A stretch of DNA of 63,966 nt, counting the filler, from an uncultured bacterium (GTDB lineage: Bacteria; CAYJRR01): assembly GCA_964372275.1 (NCBI GenBank). It is 4 parts of 4 records of this genome, joined end to end, with 100 filler letters (N's around TTAATTAATTAA, not from the genome) between each part and the next. Parts side by side here need not be neighbours in the genome. Positions count along the whole stretch, not along the records: positions 41,216 to 61,262 come from CAYJRR010000084.1; 3 more parts are not named here. One strand, 5' to 3'. The notes beneath the pieces were generated by a model. That model saw nothing but the letters and a program-made list of their open reading frames with translations, was not told the DNA's origin and ran no database searches. Shown here piece after piece: positions 49,013 to 58,408 of this stretch. The translations under genes were made by a program, and so were the position numbers. The first letter of the stretch is position 1. Each line of letters begins with the position of its first letter.

Positions 49013-51433
49013 CTATTTTTCCGGGAGGCCGTTCGTCAATCGCGGCGAGAGCCGTTTCGCACGTTTCCACTCCAGTCGCTCGGCCATGTCCCGCGCCCGG
49101 TCTCGTACGTCTCCCGTCACGTCGCTCCACGACTCGACGCGGCGCAGCAAGGCGATCGCGTCCGCGGACCTGTCGAGCCGGTCGAGCGACTCGGCGAGAA
49201 GGAACTGCGTCTCGGCGCGGAGCGCCGTCGACGCGTGCGCCGCGAGGCGATCGGCGGCGATGGTGAGCCACCGTTCGGCCGCGCCGAAGTCCCCGGACTG
49301 CGCCGCCTGGCGGCCGAGCAGGTAGACGCCGACGGGCGACCGGCAGGCATCGTCGGCGCCGGAGCGCTCCGCGACCGCTTCGTCGCAGGCCGCGACCGCG
49401 GCGGCGAGCTCGGCGCGCGCCGCCTCGCCGGGGGTCGATCCCAGGAGAAGCGCCATCGCCGCACGCCCCATCGATGCCGCGGGCTCGAGGCGCGACGCGG
49501 CCGCCGCCACCGCGTCCGCCTTGACCGCCGTCTCGCGGTCGAGGTCGGTGGAGAGGTGCTCCCCGAAGACCTCGGCGTAGCCGCGCGCCGCGTCGTCGAA
49601 CCGTCCCTCTTCGAACGCCAGGTCGGCGAGCGTGATCCGGGCGCGGGCCTGCGCGGGGGAGCCGGGGAGTTCGCGCGCCGCCAATCGCTCCGCGATCGCG
49701 CGCGCGTCGGCGAGCCTGCGCTCCCTCCGCCGCAGGGCGAGGAGGGCGCGCTCGGGCTCCGGGCGCGGATCCTCCCGGCGCCACCGGTCGAACAGCGCCG
49801 CCGCGTCGTCGTAACGGCCGTCGTGGAGGGCGGTCCATCCCTGCTCCTCGACCTCGGCCATCTCCCGCGCGCACGGTCGCTCGAAGATCGACGGCTCGGT
49901 GAACCGCTCCTTCGCGGCGGCGGCGCGCGCGGCGGGCACGGCGATCGTGGCCAGATGGGCGCGCCACTCGTCGGCGAGCGCCGACAGCGGCCGGCCGAAG
50001 GCGGCGGCCACGCCGCCCCAAGGGTAGGCGCGGCGGACGCGGTCGATGCCGTAACGCTCGGCCAGGAAACGCACGAACGACCCGGCCGCGACGTAGGCGC
50101 GCGCCTGCCGGTCCCCCCAGAAGCCCAGCCCGAGGAAGCGCTCGGGGGAGGGCAGGAGCCCGTCGGCGAGCATCGCGGCCGCCTGTTCGTGCGGCGTGCC
50201 CCGGCCGTGGTCGTGCCACGAGGTCGCGACGGCGATCCCTTCCAGGAGCCCCACGCTCGCGCTGTATCCGAAGACCGGAAGACCGAACTCGGCGGCGACG
50301 ACGTGCGTCAGCTCGTGCTCCAGCACCGGATTGGGCACGACGTCCTGGATGTAGATCTCGCCGCGGAACGGGTTGGCCACCTGGGTGCCACCGGCGCCGA
50401 TCGATCGCTTCTTCGCCGCCACCGACGGGAAGACGTAGCTCACGATCTTCCGCGAGGGGGCGACGCCGAGGAATCGGGTCACGCGGTCGAAGCGGAACTC
50501 GTGGTCCTCCACGATCCGCACCACGCGCGCGGGATCGGTCTCCCGCGCGTAGACGATCACGAAGTGCTCGGTCTCGATCCGGCCGCCGAGGTCGGCCTGG
50601 ACGTCGGCGCGGGTGCGGTCGAGACGGAACTGGCGCCGGTAGCCCGAGGCGGTCGCGAACGCCGCCGCCGCGAGCACGAGCGCCGCCAGGCGCTGGAGCG
50701 GGCGCCGCGGGACGACGAGCGGCGCCGGTTCCGCGCCACGGACGCTCCCGTCGCCGGGGCGTTCCGGCACCAGGCCCGCGGCGAGGAGGACCGCCACCGC
50801 CAACAGCGCCGAGAGGAGCCGCAGGTAGAGGAGCGCCGGGTCGACCTCGAGCGCCTCCTCGTAGATCGGGCCGGGGAACCAACCGAAGAAATGGTTCCCG
50901 GCGAAGAGGGCCGGCCCGTCGGCGAGACGGAAGAGGCTGCGGCCCAGGCTCGCGATCACCAGCAGCGCGAAGAAGAGCCCCGCGGCTCGGGGCGAGCGCG
51001 TGACGCGCCCGACGGCCGTTCCGACGCACGCGGCGAACCCGGCGCCCGCGACCGGCATCAGGAGCCAGAAGGCGAGGCTGTCGCCCGGAGCGCACAGCCG
51101 TCCCTTCGCGATCAGGAGGCTCAAGACGATCGGAGCGATCAGGGGGAGCGACGCCGCGACCATCGCTCGGCCCGCGACCGCGAACGGATCGGGGTCGTCA
51201 CCGGCGCGACGCGATTCCCCGACGGCGGCGATGCCGAGGAGGCCGCCGAGGAAGGTCGCCGGAAGCGCGAAGACGGCGGCGAACTCCCATCCGACGGCGT
51301 CGAGCAACGGAACGTACCGCAACGCGAGCCCACCCCCGGCGAACAGGACCGCCGCCACGCGCCACCAACGGCGCGCAAGGAGAGCGCGGAGGGGTTCGGG
51401 GAGTTCCCCGAGGGAGCGCGAACGCGCGGACAA
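49013..51433 (-). CDS. Membrane protein with gluzincin (HExxH) domain and C-terminal TPRs
   Basis: About 7 TM helices; IETEHFVIVY; HELTH...LLEGIAVA; TPR-like helices. TTG start inferred from TGcTACAGT 8 nt upstream. Confidence 0.75.
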   Translation of the reverse strand: MSARSRSLGELPEPLRALLARRWWRVAAVLFAGGGLALRYVPLLDAVGWEFAAVFALPATFLGGLLGIAAVGESRRAGDDPDPFAVAGRAMVAASLPLIAPIVLSLLIAKGRLCAPGDSLAFWLLMPVAGAGFAACVGTAVGRVTRSPRAAGLFFALLVIASLGRSLFRLADGPALFAGNHFFGWFPGPIYEEALEVDPALLYLRLLSALLAVAVLLAAGLVPERPGDGSVRGAEPAPLVVPRRPLQRLAALVLAAAAFATASGYRRQFRLDRTRADVQADLGGRIETEHFVIVYARETDPARVVRIVEDHEFRFDRVTRFLGVAPSRKIVSYVFPSVAAKKRSIGAGGTQVANPFRGEIYIQDVVPNPVLEHELTHVVAAEFGLPVFGYSASVGLLEGIAVATSWHDHGRGTPHEQAAAMLADGLLPSPERFLGLGFWGDRQARAYVAAGSFVRFLAERYGIDRVRRAYPWGGVAAAFGRPLSALADEWRAHLATIAVPAARAAAAKERFTEPSIFERPCAREMAEVEEQGWTALHDGRYDDAAALFDRWRREDPRPEPERALLALRRRERRLADARAIAERLAARELPGSPAQARARITLADLAFEEGRFDDAARGYAEVFGEHLSTDLDRETAVKADAVAAAASRLEPAASMGRAAMALLLGSTPGEAARAELAAAVAACDEAVAERSGADDACRSPVGVYLLGRQAAQSGDFGAAERWLTIAADRLAAHASTALRAETQFLLAESLDRLDRSADAIALLRRVESWSDVTGDVRDRARDMAERLEWKRAKRLSPRLTNGLPEK
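51388..51430 (+). repeat. REP-like two-hairpin repeat
   Basis: GGAGGGGTTCGGGGAGTTCCCCGAGGGAGCGCGAACGCGCGGA. Confidence 0.6.
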
Positions 51434-51484
51434 GGGGAGCGACTGTAGCAACCGCCTCCTCCATACGCTATGGTGCCGCCCTTG

Positions 51485-53707
51485 ATGTCGGTCGACCGCT
51501 CGAGTCTCCTCGCCTTCTTCGCCCGCCGCCAGACGGGGGGCACGCTGCGGGAGATGGTGCGCGACCTGAGGATCCCGCCCCACGAGCGCCGGCACGCCAA
51601 GCGGATCCTCCACCAGCTCACCCAGGAGGGACTCCTTCGCCGATCCGACCGCGGCGAGTTCGCCCTGGCGTCGTCGCCGCCCCGGCGTTCGAGGCCGGTC
51701 GAGGTATGGTCGCCCGCCCGCGCGCCGGCCGCGCCCGCCGCCACCGCGAAAGGGCCGCGTGCCTTTCCGGGAATCGTTACCGGCCGTTTCACGCGCCATC
51801 CGGAAGGATACGGATTCGTCTCACCGCTCGACCGCGAAGGACCCGATCTGTTCGTTCCGCCGGATGCGGTCGGATCCGCGCTCCACGGCGATCTGGTCGA
51901 CGCGCGGGTCACCTCGATCGAAGAGGGCGGGCGTCGTCGCGCCGGCCGGATCGTCGGCGTCCGCGAGCGCTCGCGGGCGGGGATCCCCGGGCGGTTCGAC
52001 GTTCGCGGCAAGAACGCCTTCGTCGTCCCCGACGACCGGCGGATCTCCGGCGACCTGTTCATCCCCCACCGGGACCGGGGCGACGCGCGCGACGGGGAGC
52101 TGGTGCTCGCCGAGATCGTGCAACCGCCGCAGCGCGACTTCTACGCCAAGGCCCGCGTGATCCGCCGCCTCGGCGATCGGGAGGACCCGGCGATCGACAG
52201 CGACCTGGTGATCGGGGAGTACGGGATCCGGGTCGAGTTCTCGGCGGGCTCGCTCGCCGAGGCGGCGCACCTTCCCGACGAGATCCCCCGGGACGAACGC
52301 CGCCTCCGGCGGGATCTGACGCATGTGCCGTTCGTGACGATCGACGGAGCGAACGCCAAGGACTTCGACGACGCCGTCGCGGTCGAGTCGCTGGGGGCCG
52401 GACGAACCCGGCTTTTCGTCGCGATCGCCGACGTCGCCCATTTCGTCCGGCCAGGAAGCGCCCTCGATCTCGACGCCGCGACGCGTGCCACCAGCGTCTA
52501 CCTACCCGACCGGGTCGTCCCGATGCTTCCCGAGCGGCTGTCCAACGACCTGTGCAGCCTGAAGCCTCGCGAGGACCGGCTGGCGCTGTGCGCGGCGATC
52601 GACGTCGACGACCAGGGTCGGGTCCTGGACTACGCGCTCGACCGCGTCGTCTTCCGTTCCCGCCAGCGGATGACCTACGAAGACGTACACGCGTTGCTCG
52701 TCGACCGCCGCCAGGACCTCATCGACCGCTACGCCGACCACGTCCCCGACCTCCAGGCGATGCGGCTGCTGGCGGAGCGGCTGCGCGCCCGACGGTTCCA
52801 GTTGGGCTCGATCGACTTCGACCTTCCGGAACCGCTGATCGAGATCGACCTTCGCGGTTCGACCACCAACATCGTCAAGGCGCCCCGGTACGTCAGCCAC
52901 CGGATCGTCGAGGAGTTCATGCTGCTGGCGAACGTCACGGTCGCGAAGCACTTCGCGTCGATCGGCGTGCCGCTCGTCTTCCGGGTCCACGACGCGCCCG
53001 ATCCGGCGAAGCTGGAGTTGTTCAACGAGGTGCTGCAGCCCTACGGCGTCCACCTCAAACCGTCCGACCTCGCTTCACCCGCCGGGGTCGGCCGCGTGCT
53101 GCAGCGGTTCGAGGGCCGGCCGGAGGCGCGCGTCGTGAACGCGCTATTGCTGCGCGCCATGCGGCAGGCGCAGTACTCGGTCGAGAACATCGGCCACTTC
53201 GGCCTGGCCTTCCCCTACTACTGCCATTTCACGTCGCCGATCCGCCGTTACCCGGACCTGCTCGTACATCGCGCCGTCCACGCGCTCCTTGAAGGCCCGC
53301 GCGCGCTCTCCCGCTACGCGCGCGAGGCGGCCGCGTCGGCTCCGGAGGCGGCGCTCAAGTCGAGCCGCGCCGAGCGGGTGGCGATGGAGGCCGAGCGCGC
53401 GATCGTCGCCCTGAAGAAGGTCCGCTTTATGCGCGACAAGGTGGGGGAGGTCTACGCCGGGCACGTCACCGGCGTCGCCAAGTTCGGCCTGTTCGTCGAG
53501 CTCGACGAGATCTTCGTCGAAGGACTGGTGCGGATCGACGCCATCGGCAAGGACGACCAGTACGAGTTCGACGAGCGGAGGCATCGCATTCACGGGCGTC
53601 GCTCGGGTCGCGCCTTCCGACTGGGGGATCCGGTCTCGGTCGAAGTGACGAACGTCTCGCTCGAGCGTCGGGCGATCGACTTCCGCCTGGCCCGCAAGAC
53701 CCGCTAG
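51485..53707 (+). CDS. rnr: Ribonuclease R
   Basis: HPEGYGFV, TIDGANAKDFDDA, IADVAHFV, IVEEFMLLAN, HFTSPIRRYPDL, C-terminal S1. Confidence 0.96.
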   Translation: MSVDRSSLLAFFARRQTGGTLREMVRDLRIPPHERRHAKRILHQLTQEGLLRRSDRGEFALASSPPRRSRPVEVWSPARAPAAPAATAKGPRAFPGIVTGRFTRHPEGYGFVSPLDREGPDLFVPPDAVGSALHGDLVDARVTSIEEGGRRRAGRIVGVRERSRAGIPGRFDVRGKNAFVVPDDRRISGDLFIPHRDRGDARDGELVLAEIVQPPQRDFYAKARVIRRLGDREDPAIDSDLVIGEYGIRVEFSAGSLAEAAHLPDEIPRDERRLRRDLTHVPFVTIDGANAKDFDDAVAVESLGAGRTRLFVAIADVAHFVRPGSALDLDAATRATSVYLPDRVVPMLPERLSNDLCSLKPREDRLALCAAIDVDDQGRVLDYALDRVVFRSRQRMTYEDVHALLVDRRQDLIDRYADHVPDLQAMRLLAERLRARRFQLGSIDFDLPEPLIEIDLRGSTTNIVKAPRYVSHRIVEEFMLLANVTVAKHFASIGVPLVFRVHDAPDPAKLELFNEVLQPYGVHLKPSDLASPAGVGRVLQRFEGRPEARVVNALLLRAMRQAQYSVENIGHFGLAFPYYCHFTSPIRRYPDLLVHRAVHALLEGPRALSRYAREAAASAPEAALKSSRAERVAMEAERAIVALKKVRFMRDKVGEVYAGHVTGVAKFGLFVELDEIFVEGLVRIDAIGKDDQYEFDERRHRIHGRRSGRAFRLGDPVSVEVTNVSLERRAIDFRLARKTR

Positions 53708-53728
53708 ACTTTTGGTCAGGAACGATCG

Positions 53729-54217
53729 GTGGCCGAAGACGACGCCCGGGCGAAGCTGAAAGAGCACTTCGCAAAGGCGCGCGCCGAGCTGGAGCGGCGG
53801 CGCCACCTTCGCATCGACGCCCGGGTTCCGATCTCTTTCGGCAGTGCCGACGAGTTCGTCCGGGCCTACACCGAGAACATCTCCAAAGGGGGCATCTTCT
53901 TCCACACCACCGAGCGGCTGCCGCCGAACGGCCGGTTGGAGATCTCGTTGGCCCCGCCGGGGGGCGAGCGCGAGGCGCGCGTCGTCGGCCGGGTGGTGCG
54001 GATGACGACCTCCTACAAGGAGGTCGACGGGAAGCGGACCCGGCTCTACGGGTACGGCGTGCGGTTCGAGACCGTTCCGGCGGCCGAAGGGGAGATCCTC
54101 GACCGGTTCTTTCAGGATGCGAAAGGGAAGTACCCGGAGACGCCGATGAGCGGAGCGCCGGCGCGGGAGGCGCCGGCCGCGCCCGCGCCTTCCGAGGACG
54201 CAGGGGACGAGGGATAG
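53729..54217 (+). CDS. PilZ domain protein (myxobacterial TIGR02266-like)
   Basis: RRRHLR...EFVRAYTENISKGGIF...GRVVR...GYGVRF. Confidence 0.87.
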   Translation: MAEDDARAKLKEHFAKARAELERRRHLRIDARVPISFGSADEFVRAYTENISKGGIFFHTTERLPPNGRLEISLAPPGGEREARVVGRVVRMTTSYKEVDGKRTRLYGYGVRFETVPAAEGEILDRFFQDAKGKYPETPMSGAPAREAPAAPAPSEDAGDEG

Positions 54218-54338
54218 GACGCCGTGGCCTTGGCCCGCCTTCGCGGGGCCAAGGACCTCCTTCCGGCCACGTTCCGTTCCGGCTCCCTCGGGGAGCCCAC
54301 GCCGGGAGGGACGCGAGAGCGCGCCGATGCGGCGCGCG

Positions 54339-54674
54339 TCACTCGCCGGTGACGACGCCTCGCGCCGACGTGGCGGCGGTCGGACGTTCGTCGGGACCTT
54401 CGCCGCTTTCGCGAGGCGCGGGCGGATCCTGGAGCGTGACGAACATCCCCGACGGTTCGCGGATGCGCGCCCACGACACCACTCCGTGAAGCCGGGTCGG
54501 ACGCGACTCGCCCGGCGGCGGTGCCCAGAGCTCGAGTGCCGTCCCCGGTGGCCAGAGGATCTGCGAGGCGACGAAGAACCCGTCGTCGTCGCGCTGCGAG
54601 AGGCGGCCGGTTCGGGACTCTTCGGGGCGGTCGAGCGGGGCGTAGCGAACGAAGGTCTCGATCGGACGAGTCAC
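54339..54674 (-). CDS. Degenerate PilZ-like small protein
   Basis: GFFVAS...PPGTALEL...LHGVVSWAR...GMFV. No RxxxR. TATACT 8 nt before GTG 54674. Confidence 0.55.
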   Translation of the reverse strand: MTRPIETFVRYAPLDRPEESRTGRLSQRDDDGFFVASQILWPPGTALELWAPPPGESRPTRLHGVVSWARIREPSGMFVTLQDPPAPRESGEGPDERPTAATSARGVVTGE

Positions 54675-54750
54675 GGCGCCGCAGTATAGGAGGGGCCGAC
54701 CCCCAAACCAAGCGGGCCGACGAAGACCCTTCACATTCAGCCACTTAGAG

Positions 54751-54817
54751 ACAATATTAAGGAAAATTAAATATAATTAAACTTCTTATTGACATCACTT
54801 TCTATCAATTATACGCT
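54751..54817 (+). promoter_or_regulatory. Near-consensus sigma-70 promoter with AT-rich upstream element
   Basis: TTGACA (54789-54794)-17 nt-TACGCT (54812-54817). ATTAA at 54756, 54766 and 54776. Confidence 0.75.
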
Positions 54818-54838
54818 CACGGTTCAGGAGGGCAGAAC

Positions 54839-55078
54839 GTGAGAAATTCGGATGCGGTTCCCAACGGTCCCTCGGCGGAAGCGAACCCGGTCGAACGCGC
54901 GACCGGAGTGCCCCCCGGAAAGCGCGTGCTCAATACGCACATCTCCTTGGAAGAGCACAGCTTTCTGAAGTCGATGGCGAGCAAGAATTCGATGACCGTC
55001 ACGATGTTCCTGCGAAACCTGATCCGGAAGGAGATGCACCGGAACCGCGACGTCGATCTACGCCAGTTCGGCACCTGA
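54839..55078 (+). CDS. Small ribbon-helix-helix-like DNA-binding protein
   Basis: SD AGGAGG; KRVLNTHISLEEHSFLKSMASKNSMTVTMFLRNLIRKEM fits a strand-helix-helix pattern. Confidence 0.65.
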   Translation: MRNSDAVPNGPSAEANPVERATGVPPGKRVLNTHISLEEHSFLKSMASKNSMTVTMFLRNLIRKEMHRNRDVDLRQFGT

Positions 55079-55211
55079 AGAAGCGGGCAGCTTCAGCGGC
55101 TTCGCCGCTGACCCCGGGCGGGCAAGACGCGTCGCGAGCCGAGCGACGGTTTTCAGCCCCACCGGACGGCGCGAAGCCGGCGAACGGACGATCACGTAGC
55201 GTTTGCACGGG

Positions 55212-55250
55212 GCCCCGGAGCGTTGACGCTCCGGGGCTTTTCATTTTTTT
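55212..55250 (+). terminator. Intrinsic terminator
   Basis: GCCCCGGAGCG-TTGA-CGCTCCGGGGC followed by TTTTCATTTTTTT. Confidence 0.85.
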
Positions 55251-55404
55251 CGACGACTCCGGAACCTTACGTACGCCGGTTGCATCTGAAGCTCGTATCG
55301 GCGGGGGCAACCGTAGCGATGCGACCGATCGGGGGGGGCGATCCGACGTCCGGTCTCGTCCGTTCCTGAAATAAACGGTCGCGAAAACGGGTCTTGAACG
55401 AACG

Positions 55405-57045
55405 ATGAAGGCGAAGACGAACAATGCGATGACGCTCGACGACATCGTCCGGGTTGCGAAGGAGGCCGGGACGATCACGACGCGCGAGATCCTGAAGATG
55501 CTGCCGCCGGGGCAGCGTTCGACGGAGGACCTCGCCCAGGTGGCCCAGCTCCTGACCGAGTCGGGGGTGAGAGTGAAACGCCCGAGCGCCGCGGCCGCGG
55601 CGAACGCCGGACCGATCAAAGAGCCGGGGACGGCGCCGTCCGGACTCCAGGGGAGCGTCGGGGACGATCCGATCCGCGCCTACTTCAAGGAGATCGGCGA
55701 CGTGCCGCTTCTCTCGGCGCCGTCGGAGAGCGCCGTGGCGCGCAGCATGCGCGCCGGTGAGCGGGAGATGGTTGCCGCCGCCGTCCGCTTCCCGGGAGTG
55801 GCGCGCGACCTTCTGGCGATCTGGGACGAGGCGGTGGCGCGCGGCGGCCGTCCATCGGAGTACTTCGAGGAGAAGGGGCCCGAGGGCGGAGCCAAGGTCG
55901 CTCCGGCGCACATCGAGCGTCTGCGGTCCGCGCTCAAGCGGGCCGAACGGATCGGGTCGAACCTCGTCAAGACGCCGTCGAAGACGCGCCGCCGGGAGCT
56001 GGCGGGCGTCCTGGAGAAGGCGCAGGAGGAGATCGCCGAGGCGATCCGGCTCCTCAACCTCGACGTCAAGCTGGTCAAGCGCCTGGCGAAGAAGGTGCAG
56101 GCGAGCGGGATGCGCGTCGACCGCCTGCAGCACGAGGCCGAGCGCCTGACCCGCGTCGGCAGCGAAAACGCCCTCGAACGGGCACGGCTCGCGCGGGCGG
56201 AGATCGCGGCGCTGGAGCGGGAGTTCCTGCTCCCCGCCGACACGATCCGGGTCCTCGGGAAGCGCGTGGAGCAGGGGGAGGTCAAGTACCAGCAGGGGAA
56301 GGTCCAGCTGGTCAACGCCAACCTCCGCCTGGTGATCAGCATCGCCAAGAAGTACGTGAACCGCGGACTGCCGCTCCCGGACCTGATCCAGGAGGGGAAC
56401 CTGGGACTGATGCGGGCGGCGGAGAAGTTCGACCCGGAACTGGGCTTCAAGTTCTGCACCTACGCCAGTTGCTGGATCCGCCAGTTCATCGCGAGGGCGA
56501 TCGACAACAAGTCTGCGACGATCCGCATCCCGATCCACATGATCGGGATCTCCAAGCGCATCGGGAAGATCCAGCGGGCGTTTCGCCAGCGGTTCGGGCG
56601 CGAGGCCTCGACCGAGGACCTGATCAAGCGGTCGAAACTCCCGGCGGAGAAGGTGGAGGCGGCGCTGGCGATCGTGAAGAACCCGATCTCGATGGAGACG
56701 CCGGTCGGCGGCGACGACGAGGTCGACCTCGGATACTTCCTCGAGGACAAGAACGCCGTGATGCCGGCCGACGCGGTGGTCGGCGCGGCGCTCGCCGACG
56801 AGACGCGGCGCGCGCTGTCGACGCTGACGCCGCAGGAGGAGAAGGTGCTCCGCCTGCGGTTCGGCATCGGCGAGGACGCCGACCACACGCTGGACGAGAT
56901 CAGCCGTCACTTCAACGTGACCGGGGAGCGGATCCGGCAGATCGAGGCCAAGGCGCTGAAGAAGCTGCGCCACCCCGCGCGCGGGGAGCGGCTGCGCAGC
57001 TTCCTCGGTGAAACGATGGAGGACGAGGTGACGGTGCTGAACTAG
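55405..57045 (+). CDS. Sigma-70 family RNA polymerase sigma factor, divergent RpoD paralog
   Basis: Region 1.2 DDPIRAYFKEIG; region 2 ANLRLVISIAKKY...DLIQEGNLGLM; region 4 LRLRFGI...ERIRQIEAKALKKLRHP. Confidence 0.93.
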   Translation: MKAKTNNAMTLDDIVRVAKEAGTITTREILKMLPPGQRSTEDLAQVAQLLTESGVRVKRPSAAAAANAGPIKEPGTAPSGLQGSVGDDPIRAYFKEIGDVPLLSAPSESAVARSMRAGEREMVAAAVRFPGVARDLLAIWDEAVARGGRPSEYFEEKGPEGGAKVAPAHIERLRSALKRAERIGSNLVKTPSKTRRRELAGVLEKAQEEIAEAIRLLNLDVKLVKRLAKKVQASGMRVDRLQHEAERLTRVGSENALERARLARAEIAALEREFLLPADTIRVLGKRVEQGEVKYQQGKVQLVNANLRLVISIAKKYVNRGLPLPDLIQEGNLGLMRAAEKFDPELGFKFCTYASCWIRQFIARAIDNKSATIRIPIHMIGISKRIGKIQRAFRQRFGREASTEDLIKRSKLPAEKVEAALAIVKNPISMETPVGGDDEVDLGYFLEDKNAVMPADAVVGAALADETRRALSTLTPQEEKVLRLRFGIGEDADHTLDEISRHFNVTGERIRQIEAKALKKLRHPARGERLRSFLGETMEDEVTVLN

Positions 57046-57312
57046 GAAGCCGGTACGGCGACCGTTCGGCGACTTGAACCGACGCTTCGTCGGTAGTAAC
57101 GTAAGGAAGGCGCGAGGGGGAGACCCCTTGCCCCCCGGGACCCGCGGCATCAACGCCCGCATCCGGCTCTCGGGAGCAGCAGGGAAGTCGGCGAAAACGC
57201 CGGCTTTTCTCTTTTATGGGGGGCCCGTGCGCGCGGCCCTACGGGCCGTGCTCCGATGCCCCCCAAGCCCCCACTCCTCGGGCGGCCGTCGGCCGTCCTC
57301 GGCGTCTGGGGT

Positions 57313-57708
57313 CTATGCGAGCTTTTGGACGAACTCGAGCTCGTGGCCGCTCGGGTCGGTGAAGTAGGCGCGTCGGTAGGCCGGATCCTCCGTCCGGTCC
57401 GACGGCCGGACCCCCGCCTCGCGCAGTCGCCGCACCAGCCCTTCGACGTCCGGATGGGCGAAGCCGATGTGGTCGACGGCCAATCGCCCGCTCGGGGCCT
57501 TTTTCGCCCCCCGCCACTCGTAGATCGAGAGATAGCCGGGCTGCGGCTCGCTCGGATCGTGTGGCGGTCCGATGTGCACCCACGGCTCCCCGCCGGGCCT
57601 TCCATCCCAGCGGACGGTCCAATCGGGCAGGAGCGTGCGGTAGAAGGCGAGGGACTCCTCCAGATCGCGGACGTACAGCAGGGCGTGCTCCAGTCGGGTT
57701 CGTTCCAT
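57313..57708 (-). CDS. VOC/glyoxalase family protein
   Basis: SD GGAGG; LEHALLYVRDLEESLAFY; DHIGF; YFTDPSGHELEF. Confidence 0.9.
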   Translation of the reverse strand: MERTRLEHALLYVRDLEESLAFYRTLLPDWTVRWDGRPGGEPWVHIGPPHDPSEPQPGYLSIYEWRGAKKAPSGRLAVDHIGFAHPDVEGLVRRLREAGVRPSDRTEDPAYRRAYFTDPSGHELEFVQKLA

Positions 57709-57844
57709 CGGTGGACCTCCGTCGTCTGTTCTCCGGCCCGGAACGGAACGGCGCGCCGCCCGGCGGGATGCCTCCACCCTGCGCCCGCCATGACCGTATA
57801 TCGACCGTCTTGCCAATACAATGGCGCCATTCCATCCTACGGGA

Positions 57845-58408
57845 ATGGACGACCGCCCGCCCTCCGCCAACCTGGCGAGAAACGTCCGCTTCCTCCGCCA
57901 GCGGCGCGGACTGACCCAGGCCCGGCTCGCGATCCTGTGCGGGATCCCGCGGTCGACGGTGGCGCAGCTCGAGTCGGGGGCCGGCAACCCGACGCTGGCG
58001 GTGCTGCTGCGCCTGAGCGCGGCGCTCGGCCTGTCGATCGAGGAGCTCCTTTCGCCGCCTCACGCGCGGATCGCGCTGTTTCCCAAGGGGACGCTCCCGA
58101 CGCTGCACCGCGGTCGGAGCGGTTCGGCCCGGATCCACAAGCTCCTGCCCGATCCGATTCCCGGGATGGAGATCGACCGGCTCGAGATCGGTCCCGGTGT
58201 GCGGATGACCGGGGTCCCGCACCGGCCGGGGACGCGCGAGTACCTGGCCTGCGAGAGGGGACGACTCACGCTGTGGACGGAGGGGGAGTCGCGCACGCTC
58301 TCCGCCGGCGACGTCGCCGCGTTCCAAGGGGACCAGCCGCACTCCTACTCCAACGAGGGGACGACCGTCGCCGTCGCCTTCAGCGTCGTCGCGCTGGCCC
58401 CGCTCTAG
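57845..58408 (+). CDS. XRE-family HTH + cupin transcriptional regulator
   Basis: LRQRRGLTQARLA...LESGAGNPTL; PH..GTREYL; GDQPHSYSN. Confidence 0.92.
   Translation: MDDRPPSANLARNVRFLRQRRGLTQARLAILCGIPRSTVAQLESGAGNPTLAVLLRLSAALGLSIEELLSPPHARIALFPKGTLPTLHRGRSGSARIHKLLPDPIPGMEIDRLEIGPGVRMTGVPHRPGTREYLACERGRLTLWTEGESRTLSAGDVAAFQGDQPHSYSNEGTTVAVAFSVVALAPL

Noticed and set aside
55119-55200. c-di-GMP-I (GEMM) riboswitch
   Set aside because: GGCAAG...GCGA resembles it only superficially; the GACGCAAAG-type junction and proper P2/P3 are missing.
57313-58408. VOC protein plus divergent XRE-cupin regulator as a novel system
   Set aside because: Common small regulatory arrangement with nothing atypical in the motifs.
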